NCBI GenBank assembly: GCA_020060565.1
Contig: JAGVAE010000003.1
Coordinates: 20,072-84,071 of the forward strand
Source: Candidatus Woesebacteria bacterium
Lineage (GTDB): Bacteria > Patescibacteriota > Microgenomatia > UBA8517
Length of the DNA stretch: 64,000 bases
Reading direction: 5' to 3'
Each line of letters opens with the position of its first letter. Within the stretch, counting starts at the first letter, position 1. Both the position numbers and the translations under genes were made by a program. The notes beneath the pieces were generated by a model. That model made no database searches, was not told the origin of the DNA, and saw only the letters and a program-made list of their open reading frames with translations. Below are positions 39,194 through 48,061 of this stretch, one piece after another.

Positions 39194-40903
39194 ATGTTGG
39201 GAAATCGCGCAACCAATCTTCAAATTGCAGAACTACTTCGCGATGTAGCAGCTTCATACCAACTTAAGGACGATAACAAGTATAAGTTTCAAATAATTGC
39301 ATATGAAAGAGCAGCAGACGCAGTAGAACACGCCACAAGTGAACTTAAAGACCTTTGGGATGATGGAAAACTGAAAGACGTCCCAGGAATTGGTCCAAGT
39401 ATAGCCCAGCATTTAGGTGAGATATTTCAAAACGGTAAATCTCAACATTTTGAAGATTTAATGAAAGGAATTCCCAAAGAAGCCTTCAAACTAATGGAAC
39501 TACCAGGTATTGGAATCAAAACCGCCCTTCGATTAATCACTCAGGGTAAACCTTCTGAAGTTGAGAAATTGTTAGACCAGGTTAAAGAAAGATCAAAAGT
39601 TGCCAAACGCCACCTTCTTCCATATGCTACACATGTAGCTTCCCAGATAATTGATTGGATGCTGACTAATCCTAAAATCAAGCGTGTAGACCCACTAGGA
39701 AGCTTAAGACGCCAGGCTGCAACAGTTGGGGATATTGACTTAGCCTGTGTAACTGATGACGGGGCAGACGCACTTAATCATTTTACTAAGTATCCAGAAA
39801 CGCAAAAGATAATAGAAAAAGGGGAGCACGCAGCCTCAATTCTTCTTCCAGGCAATGTCCAGGTAGATATGATGGTTCAGCCCGAAGAAACCTATGGATC
39901 ACTTCTTCAGCATTTTACAGGCAGTAAACACCACAATATTGCCATCAGGGAATATGCTCTTAAAAAAGGATTGAGTCTAAGTGAGTATGGGATCAAGCAG
40001 TTAAAAGGTAAAAGGCAAGAGGTAAAAGCTTTTAAAACAGAGAGAGAATTTTATAATTATCTTGGATTTGATTACATAGAGCCTGAGCTTCGCGAGGATA
40101 GTGATGAATTAGATTCAGCACTTAATCATACCTTACCAAATCTAGTTAACCTAAAGGATATTAAAGCGGATCTACAAATCCATTCAGATTTTAATATTGA
40201 AACAAGTCATGATTTAGGAGAAAGTTCCATGGAAGACCTTGTGAAAAAGGGAAGTGAACTTGGTTATGAGTATTTAGCATTTACTGAACATAATCCAAGT
40301 CAAAAAGGACACACAGATAATGATATTGTGGAAATACTCAAAAGAAAGCGTGAAAAAGTAGATCAACTTAATTACTCAATTCAAGAGAAGGGGATTGGTA
40401 GTGTAAAAAAAGTGTTCAATAGCCTTGAGATTGATATCAAACCCGATGGGAGTCTACCAGTTCCAGAAACTGGTCTTAATACTTTAGATTTTGTTTTGGT
40501 TTCACTTCATTCAAGTTTTGATTTAGAACGTAGCATTCAAACAAAAAGGGTTTTGACTGCCCTAGCCCACCCCAAAGCAAAAATTTTTGCCCATCCCACA
40601 GGTAGAAAGCTTAACGAGCGAGAAGGAGCAGAGCTAAATTGGCCTGAGATATTTGATTTTTGTTTAAAAAGGAATAAATGGATTGAAATTAATTGTGACC
40701 CAATGCGATTGGATCTTCCCGACACTCTAGTTCATGAAGCCGTGAAACTTGGTGTGAAATTAACACTAGGAACCGATGCACATCATAAAGATGGATTAAA
40801 CAACATGGTCTGGGGAGTATCAGTTGCTAGGCGCGGATGGTCAGAAAAGAAAGATATAGTTAATACTAGAACCTTGAAAGAATTTGAAGAAATGTTAATA
40901 TAA
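39194..40903 (+). CDS. polX: DNA polymerase X with C-terminal PHP domain
   Basis: AYERAA, VPGIG HhH, GSLRR, GDIDL, HFTGSK, SEYG, PELRE; DLQIHS, TEH, AHPTGR, GTDAH; TATAAT 6 nt before ATG 39194. Confidence 0.92.
   Translation: MLGNRATNLQIAELLRDVAASYQLKDDNKYKFQIIAYERAADAVEHATSELKDLWDDGKLKDVPGIGPSIAQHLGEIFQNGKSQHFEDLMKGIPKEAFKLMELPGIGIKTALRLITQGKPSEVEKLLDQVKERSKVAKRHLLPYATHVASQIIDWMLTNPKIKRVDPLGSLRRQAATVGDIDLACVTDDGADALNHFTKYPETQKIIEKGEHAASILLPGNVQVDMMVQPEETYGSLLQHFTGSKHHNIAIREYALKKGLSLSEYGIKQLKGKRQEVKAFKTEREFYNYLGFDYIEPELREDSDELDSALNHTLPNLVNLKDIKADLQIHSDFNIETSHDLGESSMEDLVKKGSELGYEYLAFTEHNPSQKGHTDNDIVEILKRKREKVDQLNYSIQEKGIGSVKKVFNSLEIDIKPDGSLPVPETGLNTLDFVLVSLHSSFDLERSIQTKRVLTALAHPKAKIFAHPTGRKLNEREGAELNWPEIFDFCLKRNKWIEINCDPMRLDLPDTLVHEAVKLGVKLTLGTDAHHKDGLNNMVWGVSVARRGWSEKKDIVNTRTLKEFEEMLI
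40003..40030 (+). repeat. Heptamer tandem array in frame within polX
   Basis: aaaaggt aaaaggc aagaggt aaaagct (KGKRQEVKA). Confidence 0.75.
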
Positions 40904-40928
40904 TAGTTCGGAGGGAGGTGAATAAATA

Positions 40929-41510
40929 ATGATTTACGCAATTTTAGCAGTCGTTTTAATAATTGTTATGTGGATTATCTCCACTTATAACTTTTTTGTC
41001 TCAACAAAAACAAGAATTGGAGCTTCCATTCAAGAAATTGGTAATCAGCTTAAACGTCAGTCTGAACTTATTCCTAACCTAATTTCATCAGCAAAGGGAT
41101 ATCTTGCTCACGAAAAAGGAATTTTTGATGAATTAAGCAATGCCAGGCGTGCAATTTCAAAAGCCGTTGAATCAGGTAATGTAGGTAAAATGGCAGATGC
41201 AGGCAAAATGCTCTCTGACGTATTACCCAAGATTCAAGTAGTAGTTGAGAGTAATCCCGAAATAAAAGGAAGTGAAGTTGTTAAAAGCTTAATGGATGAT
41301 TTGCGCGATACATCAGACAAAGTGATGTATGCCAGACGATTACTTATTGATTTAACAGCTGACTACAACGTCAAAAGAGTTACAGTTCCAAGTAGTATTG
41401 TAGCGGGAATGTTTCACTTTGAAGCCATGAAGGGTTTACAAACACCAAACTCAGAAAATTCATTGAATGTGAGTGAGGATGAAATGAAAACCCCCAAGGT
41501 TGATCTTTAA
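40929..41510 (+). CDS. lemA: LemA family protein
   Basis: N-terminal TM, YN, QLKRQSELIPNL, HEK, ESNPEIK; strong SD GGAGGTGA; precedes htpX. Confidence 0.9.
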   Translation: MIYAILAVVLIIVMWIISTYNFFVSTKTRIGASIQEIGNQLKRQSELIPNLISSAKGYLAHEKGIFDELSNARRAISKAVESGNVGKMADAGKMLSDVLPKIQVVVESNPEIKGSEVVKSLMDDLRDTSDKVMYARRLLIDLTADYNVKRVTVPSSIVAGMFHFEAMKGLQTPNSENSLNVSEDEMKTPKVDL

Positions 41511-41529
41511 TTAGATCTTTCAAAATAAC

Positions 41530-42465
41530 TTGAAAAACATTTACGAGGTTCGACAGAGTAATAAGATTAAAAGCGCAGTGATTGTTGTGCTGTTTGTTGT
41601 GTTTGTTTTTGTTGCAGCCTACATAATTACCCGTGCTTTAGGATATTACATAGGTTATGAACCGGGTGGCTTTGGCTACTTTGGAGTTGCACTAATTGTT
41701 TCTGGAGTATCCAGTTTTGTTAGTTATTACTTCTCAGATCAAATAGTTCTGGGGATTTCAGGAGCTAGAAAAGCTCACCCAATTGAAGATAAACTATTTA
41801 CCTCAGTATCCGAAAACCTCTGTATTGGAGCAGGACTTCCTAGGCCAAAACTATATGTTATAGAGGATTCTGCTCCAAATGCATTTGCAACAGGACGCGA
41901 CCCTGACCATGCAGTAATTTGTGCAACAACAGGACTTCTTACCAAACTTAATAGAACCGAGCTTGAAGGAGTTATTGCTCACGAGCTTTCCCATATAAAA
42001 AATTACGATATTCGCTTAATGTCAGTAGTATCTGTCATGGTTGGCTTAATTGCTCTTCTTGGGGATTGGTTTCTAAGGACAACCTGGCTTGGAGGGCGTG
42101 GAAATAGCCGTGAAAGCAAAGACAATGGATTGGGTGCAATACTCTTAATATTGGGACTTGTTTTTGCCCTTCTTTCGCCCTTAATTGCTCAACTAATCCA
42201 ACTGGCCATTTCAAGACGCCGTGAATTTACAGCAGATGCGGGAAGTGTGGAAATTACAAGACAACCACAAGGACTAATCTCAGCCCTCAAAAAAATTTCA
42301 GAAGACCATGAACCTTTGGAAGCCGCCAATAAAGCAACTGCACATCTTTACATAGTTAATCCATTTAAAGATAAATCAGGTCGCTCTGTAGAAAAACTTG
42401 CAGGACTGTTTAATACCCACCCACCCCTTGCAGAAAGAATTAAAACGCTTCAGGAAATGAGTTAA
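41530..42465 (+). CDS. htpX: Membrane zinc metalloprotease HtpX
   Basis: PNAFATG, GVIAHELSH, SRRREFTAD, NTHPPLAERI. Confidence 0.93.
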   Translation: MKNIYEVRQSNKIKSAVIVVLFVVFVFVAAYIITRALGYYIGYEPGGFGYFGVALIVSGVSSFVSYYFSDQIVLGISGARKAHPIEDKLFTSVSENLCIGAGLPRPKLYVIEDSAPNAFATGRDPDHAVICATTGLLTKLNRTELEGVIAHELSHIKNYDIRLMSVVSVMVGLIALLGDWFLRTTWLGGRGNSRESKDNGLGAILLILGLVFALLSPLIAQLIQLAISRRREFTADAGSVEITRQPQGLISALKKISEDHEPLEAANKATAHLYIVNPFKDKSGRSVEKLAGLFNTHPPLAERIKTLQEMS

Positions 42466-42471
42466 AGGAGT

Positions 42472-42964
42472 TTAAAAGGTGTAAATAGAAATAAATGTAT
42501 GTTCTATTCGGTCACCAGGCTTAATTTTTTTACTCCCAAGAAATGGTTTTCCAGAGAAATACCCATTAAGTGTTACAAATTTATCGAAATAGGTAGGGTC
42601 AACTAGTTTGTTGATATGTGTATTTTTATCTAGGTCTACCAATATTGTACGTACCACAGCAAGAACACTTTTATTTTGTTTAAAAGCATCTGTTGCCATA
42701 TCTATGTCACTAAATTCAAAAAAAGCTTTTAGAAACCGATCTGTGTCGCCTAGGTGCTCATAAGGAAGAATTTCACTCATTTTTTTTCTGAAAATATTGT
42801 CTTTTAATTCGCTTTCAGTGCAAATTCTTTTGGGGTCTATATGTAAGATAGATGCTAGTTCTTCCGCATAGATTACAGTTTTTTTTATTATATCCAGGAA
42901 AAAATAAAATATCGGGAAGTCCTTGTGACACTTCTTCTGGAATATGTCTTATACCTGGTTCCAT
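42472..42964 (-). pseudogene. Hypothetical gene interrupted by a one-base frameshift at homopolymer runs
   Basis: TACAAT 6 nt before ATG 42964; the frame of ORF 42472-42780 stays open back past 42900 with no start; T6 and A8 runs at 42879-42904. Confidence 0.5.
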
Positions 42965-43041
42965 GTGCGCATTGTACTACACCATTATTAGTTTTCAATA
43001 ATCATATTAAGGCACTTCAAAATATGATGTAAAATGGCTTT

Positions 43042-43482
43042 GTGAGTAAACGAAAGCGTCAAACAGCGTCGTTCATTAAGTATCTTAGAACCTCCTATAC
43101 AAGGAAAGATCATAAAAAAGGAATCTTTGGAAAACACTTCTATTTATCAGAAAACAATAGGGTTACGAGAGTATATGAAAAGATAGAAACTGGTAAGATA
43201 ACTGAAGTAGTTTGTGTTTCTTTGGATATAAACATATCAGCAAACTGGGAGACAATTGTTTATTACGACAATGTCCATGGGAGTTTACATAGACACGAAA
43301 GATTGTCGATTGAAGATAAATCTGATTCGATAGTATCTATTGGAATAAGGCAGAAAGGCACAGTTAGAAGATTGTTAAAATGGGCTATTAAGGATATTTC
43401 GTTAAATTATACTAATTACAAGAAAAGATTTCTCAAGCGAAGCAATTATTCAAAGAGTAAGATTTTGGAAAATTTGTACTAG
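43042..43482 (+). CDS. Hypothetical basic protein with YDNxHG..HRH motif (putative toxin)
   Basis: WETIVYYDNVHGSLHRH; TAAAAT 6 nt before GTG. Confidence 0.6.
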   Translation: MSKRKRQTASFIKYLRTSYTRKDHKKGIFGKHFYLSENNRVTRVYEKIETGKITEVVCVSLDINISANWETIVYYDNVHGSLHRHERLSIEDKSDSIVSIGIRQKGTVRRLLKWAIKDISLNYTNYKKRFLKRSNYSKSKILENLY

Positions 43483-43502
43483 GTGTTATTATTAGTATAG
43501 AA

Positions 43503-43754
43503 ATGTCTAAAAAGGTACAATTTGAAACAAATTTAAAGCTGTCAGATAAACTTACAGCTTATATTTCTAGCCACCCATCCCTACTTAAAAAACATGGAGA
43601 GAGTTCCTATGTCTTGTTTGTAGAAGGGAATGAAGAATTGAATGAAATGAACACTAAACTGTTGGAAAATATCAAATCTAGCGAAAAATCTGTAATTAAG
43701 GCTACACATACAACTAACAAGAAAAACCCCTGGAAGTTTGAGTTTGCTTATTAA
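43503..43754 (+). CDS. Small hypothetical protein (DUF5647-like; putative antitoxin)
   Basis: NLKLS..YI..HP..L..N.EL..N pattern; directly follows the 43042 gene; family call from memory. Confidence 0.55.
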   Translation: MSKKVQFETNLKLSDKLTAYISSHPSLLKKHGESSYVLFVEGNEELNEMNTKLLENIKSSEKSVIKATHTTNKKNPWKFEFAY

Positions 43755-43764
43755 TTTGATCTTC

Positions 43765-43793
43765 TTGCTTCAGAGCGTGTTTCATTTTAAGAT
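43765..43793 (+). promoter_or_regulatory. Promoter for gatC (leaderless geometry)
   Basis: TTGCTT-17 nt-TAAGAT, 6 nt before ATG 43800. Confidence 0.55.
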
Positions 43794-43799
43794 ACTAGT

Positions 43800-44108
43800 A
43801 TGGCAAGGCTTACAAAAGCAGATGTTTTGCATGTTGCAAGACTAGCAAAATTAAACCTAACAGATAATGAAATTAAAAAGTTTCTTCCTCAGCTTTCTTC
43901 TATTGTAGATTATATAAGTGAGCTTGAAAAAGTTGACACTAAGAATATTGAACCAACAAGCCAGACCACTGGACTTACCAATGTTTTTAGGGGGGATGAT
44001 ATAAAATTAAGCTCAATTGATCAAAATAAGGCACTATCAGGAACAGACAAAACCCACAATGGTTATTTCAAAGTCCCAGCAATCTTAGAAGGAAGGAGTG
44101 ACAAATGA
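43800..44108 (+). CDS. gatC: Asp/Glu-tRNA amidotransferase subunit C
   Basis: VLHVARLAKL, VDT..IEPT, NVFRGD, YFKVPAI. Confidence 0.93.
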   Translation: MARLTKADVLHVARLAKLNLTDNEIKKFLPQLSSIVDYISELEKVDTKNIEPTSQTTGLTNVFRGDDIKLSSIDQNKALSGTDKTHNGYFKVPAILEGRSDK

Positions 44109-45478
44109 ATACAATACCTTTTACAATCAGAGAGACAAAAGAGGGGCTTCTAGCTAAAAAGTTTTCTGCAGTAGAACTTGTTGACGAATACCTCTCACGT
44201 ATCGAAAAAAATAAAGATCTTAACGCATTCCTAACTATTTCAGATGAAGTTGCATATAAAAAAGCCAAAGAACTTGAATCAAATTTAGAAGATTTACCTC
44301 TTTTGGGAACGGTGGTGGCACACAAAGATTTATTTTTAACAGAAGGAGTAAGAACTACAGCAGCATCAAAAGTTTTGGAAAGCTACGTTCCAGCCTATTC
44401 ATCTACCGTGGTTGAGCGAATGGAAAAAGCAGGTGCAATAATGATCGGCAAAACCAATTGTGATGCTTGGGCTCACGGCGCAAGTGGAGAAAATTCTGAT
44501 TTCAGTCCAACTAAAAATCCATGGAATAAAAAACATGTTCCAGGTGGATCAAGCAGTGGCTCAGCCGCTTCAGTTGCTGCGGGTTTATCACTTGTTGCAA
44601 CAGGAACAGATACGGGAGGATCAATAAGAGAACCTGCAAATTTCTGTGGAGTTGTAGGATTTAAGCCCACATATGGAGCAGTTTCAAGATATGGCGTAAT
44701 TGCAATGTCCTCATCACTGGATAGTATTGGTTCATTTGGTCACACAGTAGAAGATGTTGAAACAATTTTCAATGTTGTTAAAGGTCCAGACGGCTTTGAC
44801 AGTACCGTTACTAATGGCCAATCACTAATTACTAATCGCAAATTTAGAATTGGAATTCCCAAGGAATATTTTATCGACGGGTTAGATCGTGAAGTAGAAA
44901 AGTCGGTTCTTACAGCTTCTCAAGTATTTAAAGATAATGGAATAGAACTAGTAGATATTAGTCTTCCTAATACGAAATACGCCATTGATGTTTATTATAT
45001 AGTTCAGCCAGCTGAGGTTTCTTCAAATTTAGGTAGGTATGATGGAATAAGATATGGAAATGGCCGTGACTTGTTCGGAGCAGAGGCAAAAAGAAGAATA
45101 ATGCTTGGAACTTACGTATTATCCGCCGGTTATTACGATGCCTACTATCTCAAAGCTCAAAAGGTAAGATCACTTCTAATCCAGGATTTTGATAATGTTT
45201 TTGAAAAAGTTGATGCGATAATAGCACCCGTTTCACCTACCCCTGCATTTAAGCTAGAAGAGAAAGCAGCTGATCCTTTACAAATGTACTTAGCTGATAT
45301 TTTTACAGTATCAGCAAACCTAGTAGGAATTCCAGGTCTTGCGGTTCCTTCAGGATTTAATTCAGAAAATCTTCCATTAGGATTTCAGCTTATGGCACCG
45401 CGTTTTTGCGAAAGTACTCTTTTTGAATTAGGAAAACTTTATCAAAAGTCGGTCAGTTATGTTCCAAAACTACCATGA
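44105..45478 (+). CDS. gatA: Asp/Glu-tRNA amidotransferase subunit A
   Basis: KD, GKTNCD, PGGSSSGS, GTDTGGSIR, SSNLGRYDG, RRIMLGTYVLS. Confidence 0.96.
   Translation: MNTIPFTIRETKEGLLAKKFSAVELVDEYLSRIEKNKDLNAFLTISDEVAYKKAKELESNLEDLPLLGTVVAHKDLFLTEGVRTTAASKVLESYVPAYSSTVVERMEKAGAIMIGKTNCDAWAHGASGENSDFSPTKNPWNKKHVPGGSSSGSAASVAAGLSLVATGTDTGGSIREPANFCGVVGFKPTYGAVSRYGVIAMSSSLDSIGSFGHTVEDVETIFNVVKGPDGFDSTVTNGQSLITNRKFRIGIPKEYFIDGLDREVEKSVLTASQVFKDNGIELVDISLPNTKYAIDVYYIVQPAEVSSNLGRYDGIRYGNGRDLFGAEAKRRIMLGTYVLSAGYYDAYYLKAQKVRSLLIQDFDNVFEKVDAIIAPVSPTPAFKLEEKAADPLQMYLADIFTVSANLVGIPGLAVPSGFNSENLPLGFQLMAPRFCESTLFELGKLYQKSVSYVPKLP
44808..44842 (+). repeat. Degenerate heptamer array in frame within gatA
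   Basis: ttactaa tggccaa tcactaa ttactaa tcgcaaa (TNGQSLITNRK). Confidence 0.65.
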
Positions 45479-46746
45479 TAGCTGAATTTAAATCAATATT
45501 TAAAAAACCGGGATTTATGTATTTATGGGGGTCTCAAATATTTTCTCAAGTAACAATACACATGTTGAATTTTTTGCTTTTGGCTCATCTGTATGAAGCA
45601 ACAAATTCAACTATAGCCACATCCCTCCTCTGGGTAGCATACGCTCTTCCTGCTCTTTTTATTGGACCAATTGGAGCCGCAAGCGTTGATCTTGTGAGTC
45701 GTCGTAAAACTCTAATGATAGCTAATCTTTTACAGGCTTTAACAGTTTTTGTATACATATTTATAAACCAACAATCGATTTTTATTCTTTATGCAATTGC
45801 ATTAATTTATTCATCTTTAAATCAATTTTATGGCCCAGCCGAACTCGCCACCTTACCTGGTACGGTTGGTAAGAAAATGTTAGCCAGAGCAAATAGTCTT
45901 TTTTTCACAACTTCCCAAGCAGCACTCATATTAGGTTTTGGATTTGCAGGAATTTTACAAAAACTGATTGGATTTAATGGCACATTAATTCTTGCAACAA
46001 CACTTCTGTTTTTGGCCTTTGTAAGTGTTAGTTTTTTGACTGAAGTGAAACCAAAGAAAAAACTACCTGTCGAGTTTGAAAAGGTATTAAAAACATTTTT
46101 TAATACTATTGTCGAAGGCTATGTATTTATTAAATCTAATAAAACCGTCCTATTTCCCTTACTTATTCTTCTGGGTATTCAAGCAACCCTAGCTATTATG
46201 CTTGTAAATTTACCCGTAATTGCTGCACAAATTTTAAATATCTCAGTCAGTTATTCAGGAGTTTCTTTAGTTGTTCCAGCGGGAATTGGTGCTTTGTTGG
46301 GAGCTACCTATATTCCAAGCTTAATTAAAAAAGGGTGGAGAAAGAAAAGATTAATAGATGCGGGTTTGATTATTACGGTTATTGCATTAGTAGCCATGGC
46401 CATTGGAATTCCACTCCTACCAATAGCAGTCAGGTTAACGTTTACGTCTTTTCTGATTATTGCTACAGGTATCGCCTTTGTAGCAATAAATATTCCTGCC
46501 CTTACTTTTTTGCAGGAGTCTACACCCCAATGGTTTAGAGGTAGAGTATTCGGAAATCTTTGGTTTATGACCTCCATTATTAGTATTATTCCTGTTCTTT
46601 TTACAGGAGCCATTTCAGAAATATTTGGTGTAAAAACGCTTTTAGTTTTAATGGCCGCAGGAATCCTTTTTGTATTTCTTTATTCTAAAAAAAGAGGACA
46701 AATTTTAATTGTTACTCACTTAAACTCAAATGGAAAACAAAAGTAA
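45475..46746 (+). CDS. MFS transporter
   Basis: About 12 TM; DLVSRRK motif-A-like, LARANS, FRGRVFG. Confidence 0.85.
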   Translation: MIAEFKSIFKKPGFMYLWGSQIFSQVTIHMLNFLLLAHLYEATNSTIATSLLWVAYALPALFIGPIGAASVDLVSRRKTLMIANLLQALTVFVYIFINQQSIFILYAIALIYSSLNQFYGPAELATLPGTVGKKMLARANSLFFTTSQAALILGFGFAGILQKLIGFNGTLILATTLLFLAFVSVSFLTEVKPKKKLPVEFEKVLKTFFNTIVEGYVFIKSNKTVLFPLLILLGIQATLAIMLVNLPVIAAQILNISVSYSGVSLVVPAGIGALLGATYIPSLIKKGWRKKRLIDAGLIITVIALVAMAIGIPLLPIAVRLTFTSFLIIATGIAFVAINIPALTFLQESTPQWFRGRVFGNLWFMTSIISIIPVLFTGAISEIFGVKTLLVLMAAGILFVFLYSKKRGQILIVTHLNSNGKQK

Positions 46747-48061
46747 ATATACACCAGTAATTGGTTTGGAAGTACATATAGAGCTTTCTACTATTACAAA
46801 GCTTTTCTGCAGCTGTTCCTCTGATCACTTTGCAAAGAGGCCCAATACACAAGTTTGCCCTGTTTGCATGGGTCTTCCTGGTGCATTACCTTGCACAAAC
46901 TATGATGCTGTGGTTTCAACGATTAAATTTGGACTTGCAATGGGGTCAAGGATAAATTTATTTAGTAAATTTGATAGAAAACACTATTTTTATCCAGATC
47001 TCCCTAAAAGCTATCAAATTTCTCAATACGATTTACCCTTTTGTGTAGGAGGAAGCCTGAATAACAAAAAAATCACAAGAGTTCATTTAGAAGAAGATAC
47101 AGGCAAGCTTGTACATGAAACAATAGATGGAGTAAAATGTTCCCTAATTGATTTTAATAGAAGCTCTGTTCCTCTCATGGAAATGGTTACAGAACCTGAT
47201 TTCCACGACACAGAAAGTGTTGTAGCCTTCCTAAAAGAAGTTCAGCTAATAGCCAGATACCTTGGGATAAGTAATGCTGATATGGAAAAGGGTAGCATGA
47301 GATTGGAGGCAAACATATCATTAGCGAATAGCGAAGAGCGAATAGCGAATAGGTTGCCAAATTACAAAGTAGAACTAAAAAATATAAACTCATTTAGATT
47401 TCTTGATAAGGCTATAAAGGCAGAAATACTAAGACAAGAGGAACTACTTCTTAAGGGAGAGGTTATTTCTCAAGAAACCAGAGGGTATGATGAAATAAAG
47501 CAAACAACCTACCTCCAAAGAGTTAAAGAAGAAGCTAATGATTATAGATATTTCCCAGAACCAGACCTTCCCCCAATTAGGTTTACCCAAGATCAGGTAG
47601 AGAATATCAGAAGCCAGATTCCAGAACTACCCAGTCAAAAAAGAGAAAAGATTGAAAAAGTATACGGTCTATCTAAAGACTTCGCAGATATTTTAGTATC
47701 AGACCAAAAGAGAGCAAAGTATTTTGAAGAAGCCCTTCGCCAAGCTCAGGGTAAACCAATGGTAACTGCAAAGATGGTTGCAGACTTAATGATAAACAAA
47801 AAACTAGACAAGGAATTTCCAGAACCAGCAGGACTAATTAGAAGAATACTGGAAATCTCGAACGTAAAGTATTCATCGAATGAAGAGGTTGATAATGCCG
47901 TGAAAAGTGTAATAATGACGAATGAAAAAGCAGTTAATGATTATAAGGCAGGAAACGGCAACGTTATTGGATTTTTGATGGGAATGGTACAAAAAGAATT
48001 AAATGGAAAAGGCAATGCACAAACGGTTCGTGAGAAATTATTAAAAAAATTACAAGAATGA
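46730..48061 (+). CDS. gatB: Asp/Glu-tRNA amidotransferase subunit B
   Basis: IGLEVH, GLPGALP, FDRKHYFYPDLPK, HLEEDTGK, ELKNINSF, DYRYFPEPDL. Confidence 0.96.
   Translation: MENKSKYTPVIGLEVHIELSTITKLFCSCSSDHFAKRPNTQVCPVCMGLPGALPCTNYDAVVSTIKFGLAMGSRINLFSKFDRKHYFYPDLPKSYQISQYDLPFCVGGSLNNKKITRVHLEEDTGKLVHETIDGVKCSLIDFNRSSVPLMEMVTEPDFHDTESVVAFLKEVQLIARYLGISNADMEKGSMRLEANISLANSEERIANRLPNYKVELKNINSFRFLDKAIKAEILRQEELLLKGEVISQETRGYDEIKQTTYLQRVKEEANDYRYFPEPDLPPIRFTQDQVENIRSQIPELPSQKREKIEKVYGLSKDFADILVSDQKRAKYFEEALRQAQGKPMVTAKMVADLMINKKLDKEFPEPAGLIRRILEISNVKYSSNEEVDNAVKSVIMTNEKAVNDYKAGNGNVIGFLMGMVQKELNGKGNAQTVREKLLKKLQE
47322..47353 (+). repeat. Heptamer tandem array in frame within gatB
   Basis: tagcgaa tagcgaa gagcgaa tagcgaa tagg (ANSEERIANR). 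Confidence 0.88.
47733..47757 (+). repeat. REP-like element read in frame within gatB
   Basis: cccttcgccaagctcagggtaaacc (LRQAQGKP); related to 37084-37114. Confidence 0.55.
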
